Positions 50,484 to 60,041 are shown, counted from the first letter of the stretch. The stretch is DNA of 64,000 nucleotides from Alphaproteobacteria bacterium (GCA_050633325.1 JBOEGH010000005.1:171779-235778), one strand, 5' to 3'. The notes: a model not told the origin generated them from the sequence alone. Translations and numbers: made by a program.

Positions 50484-51125
50484 TTACCCTACGTGCACTA
50501 TAATATCATAGTCAGTTGCTATTTTTGCTAATCCGCCCTTAACACAATCTCCTGTTGCGTAGAAATGCCACTTAGGGCCTTCACGATTCACAGAAGCAAC
50601 CAACATTCCTGTTTCCTCACTTCCTTTAACGTCCTCTTTCAATTCATAACGAAGAACCTCTAGGCCATTAGACGGGTTAACTACACGGATGTAAGAATTT
50701 CTTAAGCTTGCCATTGTCTGCTCTTTCTCTTCACCCTTATATATAGAAAGAACAAATACAATTTTCGTAACCTCAAACGGGACACCATTTAAATCTATGG
50801 ATATAGTCTCGTCATCACCTTCACCAGCACCTGTACGGCTATCACCATTGTGAACTACTGCACCGTCACTAGCTTCCATATTATTATAAAACACAAAATC
50901 ACTATCAACGCGCGTTTTTTCATCTTTATTAAGCAAGAAACAACTAACGTCCAAATCTAGTGTATCAACCTCAAACGCATTCAAGTCCCAACCTATGCCC
51001 ACTAGAATTTTAGACATAGAGGGATCCTTCTCGGCCAGATTAACCTCATCACCCTTAACAATTATATTATCGGAAATATCAATTTCCAGATCAGAATCAA
51101 AAGAACTATCAAAAATATCAGCCAT
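50484..51125 (-). CDS. TerD-domain stress protein
   Basis: 213 aa with ILVGIGWD...DLDVSCFLL...FVFYNN...GDSRTGAGEGDDETISIDL, the TerD fold pattern including the acidic Ca2+-binding loop. Confidence 0.85.
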   Translation of the reverse strand: MADIFDSSFDSDLEIDISDNIIVKGDEVNLAEKDPSMSKILVGIGWDLNAFEVDTLDLDVSCFLLNKDEKTRVDSDFVFYNNMEASDGAVVHNGDSRTGAGEGDDETISIDLNGVPFEVTKIVFVLSIYKGEEKEQTMASLRNSYIRVVNPSNGLEVLRYELKEDVKGSEETGMLVASVNREGPKWHFYATGDCVKGGLAKIATDYDIIVHVG

Positions 51126-51155
51126 TAAAACGACTCCAAATATATTGTTAAAAAA

Positions 51156-52145
51156 TTAAACACCTAAATTCACTGTATAAATGTAAACATTGTAGAATAT
51201 GTAAGACATAAAGAATAACCCGCCCATAATGCGACTAATCTTACCAAATAAAAGTAAAACCAAAGCCAAACAAGTGGAAACAGATAACATAATCCAAATA
51301 TCAAAATTCAAAATTTGCGGTGAAAAGCCACCACCAACAATTGGCTTAACCATAGATGCCACACCCAATATCATTAGAATATTAAACACATTAGAACCAA
51401 TAATATTACCTATCACCATTTCTGATTGCCCTTTACGAGCAGCAATAATGCTTGTAGAAAGCTCAGGTAGAGACGTTCCGAATGCAATAATACTAAGCGC
51501 GATAATGGATTCAGGAACTCCAATCAACCCTGCACTAACCTGTGCACCTTTAACCAAAAACTCTGCCCCTACAGATATGCAAACAAGACCAAGCAACAAT
51601 GTCCCATAAGCAAATGTGTCATTCTTAAACATAACATCATCACCATCCATTCCGATGTCAGGGTCTTTTGAACCCATTGCAACATATTGATAGAAAATAT
51701 AGCTACCTAGTATAGAAACCATGCACAATCCGGCAAAACGAGAAATGCCACCAAAATACAACATACACACCAAAGCAACAGTTGCAGACATCATAAAGGC
51801 AAGATCACGCACCAATATTTTTGAAACCTTGACCTTTAAAACCGATATGAGAGCAGTACACCCCAAAACCATAAAGATATTAGCAATATTAGACCCTAAA
51901 ACGTTACCAAGCGCAATTCCCGGTGATCCTTGTAAGTTAGCAAAAACAGAAACAATCAGCTCAGGTAAAGAAGTTCCGAAAGCAATAATAGTAAAACCAA
52001 CGATAAGTGGAGAAACTCCATATCTGGACGCTATAAACACACCCGCATCAACTGCCCATCCACCACCTTTAATAAGCATAATAATACCTAGGAAAAGCGC
52101 ACCTAACGACAATATCGTTGTGTCATAATAAGAAAAACTATTCAT
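51156..52145 (-). CDS. YrbG-type cation/Ca2+ exchanger (CaCA family Na+/Ca2+ antiporter)
   Basis: 329 aa and about 10 TM helices, with two alpha-repeats GTSLPELIVSV and GTSLPELSTSI plus GNVLGSNIANI/GNIIGSNVFNI. Confidence 0.9.
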   Translation of the reverse strand: MNSFSYYDTTILSLGALFLGIIMLIKGGGWAVDAGVFIASRYGVSPLIVGFTIIAFGTSLPELIVSVFANLQGSPGIALGNVLGSNIANIFMVLGCTALISVLKVKVSKILVRDLAFMMSATVALVCMLYFGGISRFAGLCMVSILGSYIFYQYVAMGSKDPDIGMDGDDVMFKNDTFAYGTLLLGLVCISVGAEFLVKGAQVSAGLIGVPESIIALSIIAFGTSLPELSTSIIAARKGQSEMVIGNIIGSNVFNILMILGVASMVKPIVGGGFSPQILNFDIWIMLSVSTCLALVLLLFGKISRIMGGLFFMSYIFYNVYIYTVNLGV

Positions 52146-52168
52146 TAATTTGCTTTCAGAAAATAAAT

Positions 52169-52918
52169 TTAAGCGGGATTCTTTTGACCATCAGCCCATT
52201 CAAGACCGTACCCGAATGCACGATCCATTTCTTCATGTCCCGGAAAATATTCCGTACGATTGGTAAGCTTTATACCACCACGTACATTTTCCAATTCACC
52301 AACAGCACATAAAGATAATTTATCATCATGGGCATTCAAAGTGACGTATAAATCGCTTTCCCCTGGAACATCGATAACTATTTGTGGGTTTAACTCTGAC
52401 CAAGTTAAGGCACCTTTGTAGATATAAATGTAAACCAAAACGCGCTTTATATCCTTCCACTTTTCGCCGTTAACTAAAAGATATTCATCATCACCTTCAG
52501 TATCGCCCGTACGCTCATCGCCGGAAAGGGATATAAACGGAGGCTCATTAAAATTACCGAATTTTTCACCAAAAGCCTGAATAGAACCGCGAGTCCCATC
52601 TTGCATTTCATACAAACAGCCAACATCAAGATCAACGCCAATTTTGCGAACTTTCTTGAACCACTTACCAAACATGCCAGAGTTTTCTACACGAATATTA
52701 TCCCATGCGACACCAATCATAAAAGATTCAAAACCTTCATCACCTGGAGATATAGCGACACTATCGCCTATATTTGCCAAAAATTCACAATTATCTGGAT
52801 GGTCACTAGCAACGCGGTAACCAGCAGCACCAAGAGAAGCACCATGACCAGAGAAATCAACAATACTTTCACTAGCCTGTGTTAACGATGTAACAGAGCA
52901 ATTTTCTTTTTTAGACAT
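52169..52918 (-). CDS. TerD-domain protein, divergent paralogue (TerA/TerF-like)
   Basis: 249 aa with MIGVAWDN...VDLDVGCLYE...SGDERTGDTEGDDEYLLVNG, i.e. the same DLD and GDxRTGxxEGDDE motifs as TerD, behind a ~65-aa unique N-terminus. Confidence 0.7.
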   Translation of the reverse strand: MSKKENCSVTSLTQASESIVDFSGHGASLGAAGYRVASDHPDNCEFLANIGDSVAISPGDEGFESFMIGVAWDNIRVENSGMFGKWFKKVRKIGVDLDVGCLYEMQDGTRGSIQAFGEKFGNFNEPPFISLSGDERTGDTEGDDEYLLVNGEKWKDIKRVLVYIYIYKGALTWSELNPQIVIDVPGESDLYVTLNAHDDKLSLCAVGELENVRGGIKLTNRTEYFPGHEEMDRAFGYGLEWADGQKNPA

Positions 52919-53005
52919 TCAGATAATCTTCCCTTTAAAAATAACAACCACCTAGCCATACACAATATCACTACCAGCATAATAAATAAAGATAAGAGAT
53001 TACCA

Positions 53006-53692
53006 CTATTCAGATACAGGGCGTTCTGAGATAAGCCTTTTGCGCAACATGACACAATATAACAAGACAAAGTAAAACAAATATAATTCCTGAACTTCAC
53101 TTCCTCTTACAAACAGTTGGATACCAAACACATCTGCTTTATCTGCAATTTTAAGCGCAAGAAATATTCCCGCTGTCACACTCAATAAACCGGACGGGTA
53201 AATAATATTAAAACGTGCAGGTAATATTGAAGGCTTAACCTTCATTAATAAGGGCATAATTATACCGCCTATTATAACACCAATTTCTAAAATCAACCTT
53301 GGCTTTTGATCTAGCCATGATGATGTATTATGCAAATTTGTTTCACCCTGATCATTTAACTGATTCCAATAATCGGGCGTTGACCAATTCATTATATGCT
53401 GCCCCCAACTAACCTCTTCACCTGCAACGTAAAAGCAACTAAGAGCAGCTAAACCAATCCAGCCAACCAGCCAAGGATCTCGCCTCACGTTAACCAAACG
53501 CAACATTGTCACCGCAGTTATAAATGCCAAAAATATAATAATAAACTGAACAAATTCGTGAGGGCCGCTTTCAGAATGCATTACAGATAGTGTTTCTTCC
53601 GGCAAAGACACCTCTAAACAAATCTGCGCGAAAATCACAGATAATGGAATCCATAACCAAAAAAAGGAAAATATATTTTTATTTTTAAACAT
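53006..53692 (-). CDS. hypothetical six-helix membrane protein (first gene of the TerD/exchanger operon)
   Basis: 228 aa with six hydrophobic segments and the conserved-looking acidic motifs AGEEVSWGQH and RGSEVQELY. No family recognised. Confidence 0.6.
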   Translation of the reverse strand: MFKNKNIFSFFWLWIPLSVIFAQICLEVSLPEETLSVMHSESGPHEFVQFIIIFLAFITAVTMLRLVNVRRDPWLVGWIGLAALSCFYVAGEEVSWGQHIMNWSTPDYWNQLNDQGETNLHNTSSWLDQKPRLILEIGVIIGGIIMPLLMKVKPSILPARFNIIYPSGLLSVTAGIFLALKIADKADVFGIQLFVRGSEVQELYLFYFVLLYCVMLRKRLISERPVSE

Positions 53693-53790
53693 CGAATAAA
53701 GTCTCTTGAAAACAAACTATAATCGTTACAAACTCTTACCGATATTGTCAATCTAGACTTGTAAAGTGCATTAAATATAACCGTCACATA

Positions 53791-53826
53791 AACAAGCATT
53801 AACAAGCATTAACAAGCATTAACAAT
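53791..53826. repeat. 10-bp tandem repeat (aacaagcatt x3 plus partial)
   Basis: aacaagcatt aacaagcatt aacaagcatt aacaa read directly. It lies in the divergent intergenic region, 40 bp upstream of the MBL gene ATG. Confidence 0.95.
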
Positions 53827-53865
53827 AAGAAATAACATTGAACAACCTAAGAAAGCACAAGTAAA

Positions 53866-54753
53866 ATGAAATACAGCCCTCTGATTATTTTAACATTATG
53901 TGTATCTGCATTATCCGCAAACGCACAAGATAGTGATGTAAAAACCAGCAATATAAAAAACGATATCCACCTACTAGTCAGCCCCCAAGGCGGTAACGTT
54001 GTGGTTTCAACAGGTGAAGATGGAACTTTTCTTATCGACGACCAGCTAACAGGGCGCAGTGAAATAATAAAAGTAGAAGCAAAAAAGATAAACGATCAAA
54101 ACATAAAGTTTATTCTTAATACGCATTACCATTTTGACCATACAGGTGGTAATGAATATTTTGGCGAAAATGACGCCGTAATTATTGCACATGACAGCGT
54201 AAGAAAACGCCTTAGCACAAAGCAATTCATTACTCACTTTGGTAAAGAAATGCTTCCTCTTTCTAAAGATGGGTTACCCAAAGTCACATTTTCAAAAGAC
54301 ACAACATTACATTACAATAATGAGGAAATTAAAATAATACATTTTCCAAAGGCACACACCGATGGTGATGTTATCGCGCACTTTGCAAATTCTAATGTTA
54401 TCGTTGCTGGTGACCTGATATTTAACGGTATGTATCCATTTATAGACACAGAACATGGCGGATCTATTAACGGCCTGCTCAGCGCACATGAGAAGCTACT
54501 ATCAATGTCTGATGATGAAACTATCATAATTCCCGGCCATGGTGATCCAATGACCAAAAACGATCTAAAATCATACTATAAAAATCTGAAAAAGATCACA
54601 GACAGTATAAAAACTGCCATAGCAGAGAATAGAACTCTGGAGCAAACAATTGCAGCAAAACCAACTAAAGAGTTCGATGTAACCATGGGTAATGGCGTAG
54701 TAAAGCCAGATGCTTTTACATCTATATTATACAATGACTTAGTTGCAAAGTAA
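53866..54753 (+). CDS. periplasmic MBL-fold metallo-hydrolase
   Basis: Has a signal peptide (MKYSPLIILTLCVSALSANA) and the HYHFDHTGG (HxHxDH) zinc motif, later KAHTDGD and PGHG. Confidence 0.85.
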   Translation: MKYSPLIILTLCVSALSANAQDSDVKTSNIKNDIHLLVSPQGGNVVVSTGEDGTFLIDDQLTGRSEIIKVEAKKINDQNIKFILNTHYHFDHTGGNEYFGENDAVIIAHDSVRKRLSTKQFITHFGKEMLPLSKDGLPKVTFSKDTTLHYNNEEIKIIHFPKAHTDGDVIAHFANSNVIVAGDLIFNGMYPFIDTEHGGSINGLLSAHEKLLSMSDDETIIIPGHGDPMTKNDLKSYYKNLKKITDSIKTAIAENRTLEQTIAAKPTKEFDVTMGNGVVKPDAFTSILYNDLVAK

Positions 54754-54768
54754 CACTAACTAAAAGAT

Positions 54769-54791
54769 GGCTGGCTTAATTAATGCCAGCC
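54769..54791. terminator. hairpin terminator between the convergent MBL gene and ccoS
   Basis: ggctggc-ttaattaat-gccagcc perfect 7-bp stem. It is T-rich on the + side (tctt) and is followed by atctttt on the minus strand. Confidence 0.6.
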
Positions 54792-54797
54792 TCTTAA

Positions 54798-54965
54798 CTA
54801 ATCTGTTCGATCATCTTCAGGCGCTTTATCGTTATCAAATAATATACGATGCGCAGCTCCATCCAAATCATCATACTGACCTGACTTCAGACTCCATATG
54901 AACGCCACCAGACCAATTAAGCCTAGAAGTAACGCGATTGGAATAAGGTAAATTAAAACGCTCAT
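54798..54965 (-). CDS. ccoS: cbb3 oxidase maturation protein CcoS/FixS (not in the ORF track)
   Basis: Hand translation gives MSVLIYLIPIALLLGLIGLVAFIWSLKSGQYDDLDGAAHRILFDNDKAPEDDRTD, which contains the canonical WSLKSGQYDDLDGAA signature. ATGA overlap with the ccoI stop. Confidence 0.88.
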   Translation of the reverse strand: MSVLIYLIPIALLLGLIGLVAFIWSLKSGQYDDLDGAAHRILFDNDKAPEDDRTD

Positions 54966-57202
54966 ATTTTGAACCTTAACCTAAAAGAATTGGCAATTAC
55001 AATCAAAGAAGACCCCGACATTGCAAGAGCAGCAATCAAAGGAGTTACAAACCCACCCAAAGCCAATGGAACGGCAACAGCATTATAAAGAACAGCCAAT
55101 GCAAAGTTATGCTTCACCAATGTTTGCGTCAGGCAAGACACTTTATATGTTTGGTATACTGGTGAGAATTTATCACCCATAAATATGATATCCGCAGCAT
55201 TCTGCGCCATATCAATTGCACTTCCCGGCGCCATAGATACATCAGCCCCCGCCAAAACAGGCGCATCATTAAGTCCGTCACCAACCATCATTACTTTTCG
55301 GCCTTCGTTGCGCAACTCTTCCAGAACTTCAAATTTTTGCGTCGGAGTTTTCTCCGCATATATTGTGTCTATACCGCACTCACTTGCAATTTTGTTAACA
55401 ACAGAGGAGCGATCACCAGACAACATAATAACCTGCAATCCATCATTTTGAAATTGCGTTACTATTTCCTTGGCATCATCACGAAGGTTATCAGTAAATT
55501 CGAATACAATGCTATCCTCTCCCTCTATACTAAGCCAAATCTCAAGATTTTCTGATATATCGGCATCCCGGTCGCCACAATAAGAACGGCTTCCCAATTT
55601 TATTTCTTTACCATCATATAACCCTGAAAGCCCCTTACCTGCGTGCTCTTGGACATTATCGATATCTATCAATTTACCACTATATGCTTCACTTAACGCA
55701 TTTGATAAAGGGTGAGTACTATATGCCGCGAGCGATGACGCTATTTGCATCATATCACCATTATAGCTACCGAATAATGCCGGACGACCAAGGGTTAGAG
55801 TCCCAGTCTTATCAAGTAAAATCGTGTCTATACACGCCAATCTTTCTAACGCATCACCTGATTTAACCAGAATAGATGACTTCATAAGGCGACCGCTTGC
55901 CAGAACTTGCACAACAGGAACGGCCAGACCCAATGCACATGGGCAAGTGATAATCAAAACAGTAATAGAGATCATCAAGGAATCTTGCCACTGCAAACCG
56001 CCGAAAAACCACCAACCGATAAATGCTACCAATGCGCAACTATGAACAACGGGGGTATAGAGTTGCGCCGCCTTATCTGCCAAACGTACGTACCGTGCTT
56101 GACCTTGGCCTGCCTTTTCCATCAGGCGCACAATATCACTAAGCAAAGAATTATCCGCAACCTTTAACACCTTCACCGTTACAGGCGCACCAATATTCAT
56201 CGTTCCTGCGAAAACTTCTGTATCTATAGATACTTCACGCGGCAAAGTTTCACCAGTAACCAAAGAGGTATCAACCTCACTAATACCCTCAATTACAACA
56301 CCATCAACAGGAAATTTTTCACCTGCAGAAACACGTACAATCATTCCTTCTTGTAAATCGCGTATCATAACGCGACGCACACTTCCGGAATCTACAACAT
56401 TGGCAAATCCGCTCAATGTACTTAATAAATCCGTAGCAGTAGATCTGGCGTTTTTACGTGCACGAAAATCTAAATACCGGCCAACCAATAAGAAAAACAT
56501 TAACATCACAGCAGAGTCAAAATACACATGCTCACCATGGTTAATTGTTTCAGACAAGCTCATACCACCTGCTAAAAACAAAGCAAGCGAAATTGGAACA
56601 TCCATATTAGTATGCCCTGATTTCAATGCTTTAATAGCCGATCGAAAAAAAGGACGGCCTGAGAATAAAATGGTTGGCAATGCGATTACCGCAGATATCC
56701 AATGCATGAAATCACGTGTTGCAACCCCCATAGTATCAGAAGATGTGCTCCACACACCGACAGATAATAACATAACATTACCCATCGCAAAGCCTGCTAC
56801 GCCAAGGCAAAGAAGTAAGAATTTTTCTTGTGCTTTGGTTTCGTCTTTTTCCACTTCAGGATCATAAGGGTTAACGCTGTAACCTAAAGACTCAACAGTT
56901 TTGACAAATCCATTTGCAAGCTGCGCATCACCTTCCCACACCATAGACAATCTACGAGTAGAAAAGTTCAAACGCGCAGTTTTAATAGATTCATCAACCG
57001 ATAGAGATGATTCAATTTTCTGAATACAAGCCGCACAATATACGCCACTGACCAAGACAGATAATTCATACAAACCATCAGATCTTTTATCAACAAGGCT
57101 TTCATATCCTGCATCTGCTTTATAGGAATCTACTTCTTCATAAAGTCGTAGCTCGTCTGAAATTCCTTGTTGTCCCATGTTACCTTCAAATTTGCTGTCC
57201 AT
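54962..57202 (-). CDS. ccoI: copper-translocating P1B-type ATPase CcoI/FixI
   Basis: HMA domain with CAAC, TM CPC (ITCPCALGLA), DKTGTLT and GDGLNDAP. The start is uncertain (57202 or 57178). Confidence 0.9.
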   Translation of the reverse strand: MDSKFEGNMGQQGISDELRLYEEVDSYKADAGYESLVDKRSDGLYELSVLVSGVYCAACIQKIESSLSVDESIKTARLNFSTRRLSMVWEGDAQLANGFVKTVESLGYSVNPYDPEVEKDETKAQEKFLLLCLGVAGFAMGNVMLLSVGVWSTSSDTMGVATRDFMHWISAVIALPTILFSGRPFFRSAIKALKSGHTNMDVPISLALFLAGGMSLSETINHGEHVYFDSAVMLMFFLLVGRYLDFRARKNARSTATDLLSTLSGFANVVDSGSVRRVMIRDLQEGMIVRVSAGEKFPVDGVVIEGISEVDTSLVTGETLPREVSIDTEVFAGTMNIGAPVTVKVLKVADNSLLSDIVRLMEKAGQGQARYVRLADKAAQLYTPVVHSCALVAFIGWWFFGGLQWQDSLMISITVLIITCPCALGLAVPVVQVLASGRLMKSSILVKSGDALERLACIDTILLDKTGTLTLGRPALFGSYNGDMMQIASSLAAYSTHPLSNALSEAYSGKLIDIDNVQEHAGKGLSGLYDGKEIKLGSRSYCGDRDADISENLEIWLSIEGEDSIVFEFTDNLRDDAKEIVTQFQNDGLQVIMLSGDRSSVVNKIASECGIDTIYAEKTPTQKFEVLEELRNEGRKVMMVGDGLNDAPVLAGADVSMAPGSAIDMAQNAADIIFMGDKFSPVYQTYKVSCLTQTLVKHNFALAVLYNAVAVPLALGGFVTPLIAALAMSGSSLIVIANSFRLRFKI

Positions 57203-57579
57203 ATACCAGACATAGGAAGATTAAGCTTTGCCTCATACACACCATTTCCTATATGTGGCAATTCTACATTAAAATCACTACCATCTTTAACAGACCTTAT
57301 GATACGTGCCACAACCAAAGAATCATGCATCGGCAGCTCCCAACGCAAAACCCCATCATTATAAGACACCTTATGGTCTATATCTGGCTGAGATTTAGCC
57401 TTTTTTAATGTGTCATTAAAAGCCAAACCCTTTTCATACGGGTTTTTCACAACGACACCACTATGGCTATCCAGTGCAACATAAATAAAAATACTATTAA
57501 CGATTATAATAAGTACAAAAAACGCGAAAAAGCACAGAAACACAAATCTACCGTCAGATTTTTTATTAACGCCACCCAT
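57130..57579 (-). CDS. ccoH: cbb3 oxidase assembly protein CcoH/FixH
   Basis: 149 aa with one N-terminal TM helix and a FixH-like periplasmic domain, lying between ccoG and ccoI. Confidence 0.8.
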   Translation of the reverse strand: MGGVNKKSDGRFVFLCFFAFFVLIIIVNSIFIYVALDSHSGVVVKNPYEKGLAFNDTLKKAKSQPDIDHKVSYNDGVLRWELPMHDSLVVARIIRSVKDGSDFNVELPHIGNGVYEAKLNLPMSGIWTANLKVTWDNKEFQTSYDFMKK

Positions 57580-57581
57580 AT

Positions 57582-59024
57582 CTATTCTCTACCACTTATA
57601 AACACAGCATCATAACTGTCTTCCACTTCACCATCACTAAGTGTAAATACAATATCACGCGGTGATGCCGGCTCTACATTTGCACTAACAAAAACATGGT
57701 AAGACCCTACACTATCTGCAGGCACATACAGACTGTTAGAATCAATTTTTCCTGCTGCTTTTACCTGAATAGTGGCATCACTCAAACCATCTAAAGATAA
57801 TTTATAAGTCCTATGATCATGAGTTTTGTTCAGTATTTTAATAACATAACCATTGCGAATATTACCATCGGATAATTGAACAAACAGCGGATTACGGTCA
57901 TGTAAAACATGAAGCTCTACAGGATCACGCATTATCAGTGAAGCAAGCATCACGCCACCTACAACTGCTAAAATACACGCATAATATAGAGTACGAATTC
58001 GTAACAGCTTAAACTTCTCTTTACCGCCCTTAACCTCTGCTTCCATATGATTGATAGTGTCATAACGAATAAGGCCCAAAGGTCTGTCAATTTTTTCCAT
58101 GATATTGTTACAAGCATCAACACAAAGGCCACAGGCAATACACTCCATCTGCAAACCATTGCGAATATCAATGCCGGTTGGACAAACTTGAACGCAAGCA
58201 CTGCAATCTATACAGTCGCCACGCCCTTCCCAACTAGTGCCTTTTTTATGCTTGCCGCGCTTTTCACCACGCTTTTCATCATAGCCGATGACAAGGGTAT
58301 CACGATCAAACATTGCTGATTGAAACCGTGCATATGGGCACATATACATGCAGACTTGCTCACGCGCGAAACCAGCCATAAGGTATGTGCTAAAGGTTAA
58401 ACCACCTATGAAAATCAAAACAGTAGTTGATACATCAAGCTCAAAAAAACTGCGCACCAATGTTGGCGCGTCATTAAAATATAAAACAAACGAACCCGCA
58501 GTACACCATCCGATAACAATCCAAATAAAATGGGTTATTCCGATTTTACGTATTTTGTCTAATGTCCACGGAGATTCATGCAACTTCTTACGTGCATTCC
58601 GATCACCTTGAACAATACGCTCAACCCAAACGAACAAATCCGTCCAAACAGTTTGCGGACAAACATAACCGCACCAAACGCGACCAAATAAACTGGTAAC
58701 GAAAAACAGGGCAATCGCCGCAAGAATAAGAATACCTGTAAATACATATACCTCTTGTGGCCAGATCTCAATCCAAAACCAATAAGCACGCGCATTCTCT
58801 AAATCAATTAAGACTGCCTGATTAGGGGCATTAGGGCCACGATCCCAACGTATAAACGGCGTTAGATAATAAATCCCGAGGGTAATAACCATCGCGATCC
58901 ATTTAAAAGTACGGTATCTGCCAAAAACCCTCTTTGGATAAATTTTTTCTTGTTTAGCAAAATATTGAACGCCCTGCAGATTATTGTTCGCCTGCCCCAT
59001 ATTCAGTATCCTCTTCTCCACCAC
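57582..59024 (-). CDS. ccoG: cbb3 oxidase accessory protein CcoG/FixG (polyferredoxin-like)
   Basis: KIYPKRVFGRYRTFKW N-terminus and two 4Fe-4S motifs, CIDCSACVQVCP and CIACGLCVDAC. The start is 59024 or 59000. Confidence 0.9.
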   Translation of the reverse strand: MVEKRILNMGQANNNLQGVQYFAKQEKIYPKRVFGRYRTFKWIAMVITLGIYYLTPFIRWDRGPNAPNQAVLIDLENARAYWFWIEIWPQEVYVFTGILILAAIALFFVTSLFGRVWCGYVCPQTVWTDLFVWVERIVQGDRNARKKLHESPWTLDKIRKIGITHFIWIVIGWCTAGSFVLYFNDAPTLVRSFFELDVSTTVLIFIGGLTFSTYLMAGFAREQVCMYMCPYARFQSAMFDRDTLVIGYDEKRGEKRGKHKKGTSWEGRGDCIDCSACVQVCPTGIDIRNGLQMECIACGLCVDACNNIMEKIDRPLGLIRYDTINHMEAEVKGGKEKFKLLRIRTLYYACILAVVGGVMLASLIMRDPVELHVLHDRNPLFVQLSDGNIRNGYVIKILNKTHDHRTYKLSLDGLSDATIQVKAAGKIDSNSLYVPADSVGSYHVFVSANVEPASPRDIVFTLSDGEVEDSYDAVFISGRE

Positions 59025-59889
59025 CTAATTGATGTAAAAACACAGTCAATTGTTTCAGAGTATTTTCATCCAAACGAGTTCCCCATGCAGGCATCATTCC
59101 TGCGCGCGAATTAAACACCGTTGTATAGATAGAATCACGATCACCGCCATATAACCAAATTTTATCTGTTAGGTTAGGCGCGCCAAACTCCTTTAAACCT
59201 TTGCCATCTTCACCATGACATGAGGCACATTGTTGCTTAAATATTACTTTACCTTGCACCTCATGGCCATGAGTTTTACCTCCGGACATACTCAAAACAT
59301 AATCAACAACAGAGTCAATTTCGTCACGTTTAAGCAATCCATCCTTACCAAAGGCAGGCATCTGTGATTGGCGAGTATCAAAACTTCCTTTAACACGAAT
59401 ACCGTACTTAATAGTTTGATGAATATCGGATAGCTGACCACCCCATATCCAATCATCATCATTTAAGTTAGGATATCCCGGCGCACCCGCACCACCAGTA
59501 CCATGACATGTAGCACAATTATCTTTAAATACAGACGCACCACCAGCCATCGCAAAGGCATACAGCTCTTCATCATTCATAATATCTTTAAATGATGCAT
59601 CCTCAAAACGATCAAGGTAAACGCGCTGACGCTCTACTATTTCATTTTGATTTGCCTCAAGCTCATTAAACTGTGTGTATGAACCAGTTCCCTCTGTGCT
59701 TCCGCTCAAAGTTGGCCACGCCGGATAAACGACCCAATACCAAACAGACCAAATTATCGAAACATATAATATCCAAAGCCACCAACGTGGCAATGGATTA
59801 TTCAACTCTCTCAGGCCATCCCATTCATGCCCCGTAGTTTCAATACCTGTGACTTCATCAACTACTTTATTCTTTTGATCGTCGCTCAT
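58981..59889 (-). CDS. ccoP: cbb3-type cytochrome c oxidase subunit III (dihaem)
   Basis: N-terminal TM helix with NPLPRWW, and two CxxCH haem sites (CATCHG, CASCHG). Confidence 0.92.
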   Translation of the reverse strand: MSDDQKNKVVDEVTGIETTGHEWDGLRELNNPLPRWWLWILYVSIIWSVWYWVVYPAWPTLSGSTEGTGSYTQFNELEANQNEIVERQRVYLDRFEDASFKDIMNDEELYAFAMAGGASVFKDNCATCHGTGGAGAPGYPNLNDDDWIWGGQLSDIHQTIKYGIRVKGSFDTRQSQMPAFGKDGLLKRDEIDSVVDYVLSMSGGKTHGHEVQGKVIFKQQCASCHGEDGKGLKEFGAPNLTDKIWLYGGDRDSIYTTVFNSRAGMMPAWGTRLDENTLKQLTVFLHQLGGGEEDTEYGAGEQ

Positions 59890-60041
59890 TCTTCGCCCTC
59901 CTGAAAAGGAATATTACCATGTTCTTTATAGGTTTTTTTCGCACCCGGACGTAATGTCCATAACAATATGCCACAGAAAAAAACAAAGAAAAAAATCAGC
60001 CCAACAAGACCAAAATCAGCACTAGCAAATATCTGCTTCAT
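59886..60041 (-). CDS. ccoQ: cbb3-type cytochrome c oxidase subunit IV CcoQ/FixQ (not in the ORF track)
   Basis: Hand translation gives [51 protein letters not shown], a single TM helix. ATGA overlaps occur at both ends, with the ccoO stop and the ccoP start. Confidence 0.78.
   Translation of the reverse strand: MKQIFASADFGLVGLIFFFVFFCGILLWTLRPGAKKTYKEHGNIPFQEGEE

Noticed and set aside
51229-52128. Two + strand ORFs (126 and 135 aa) antisense to the Na+/Ca2+ exchanger
   Set aside because: They mirror a hydrophobic membrane-protein gene and have no start context or recognisable motifs. The exchanger frame carries both GTSLPEL repeats.
50484-53692. TerD genes read as a classical tellurite-resistance (ter) island or mobile element
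   Set aside because: No terZABCE, terC or terB genes, integrase, transposase, tRNA target or flanking repeats are present. The composition is similar to the surrounding core genes. A resident Ca2+-related module is the better reading.
53791-53826. Tandem repeat considered as a CRISPR or minisatellite locus
   Set aside because: The units are 10 bp and directly abutting with no spacers, and there are no cas genes, so it is not a CRISPR array. It is reported only as a short tandem repeat.
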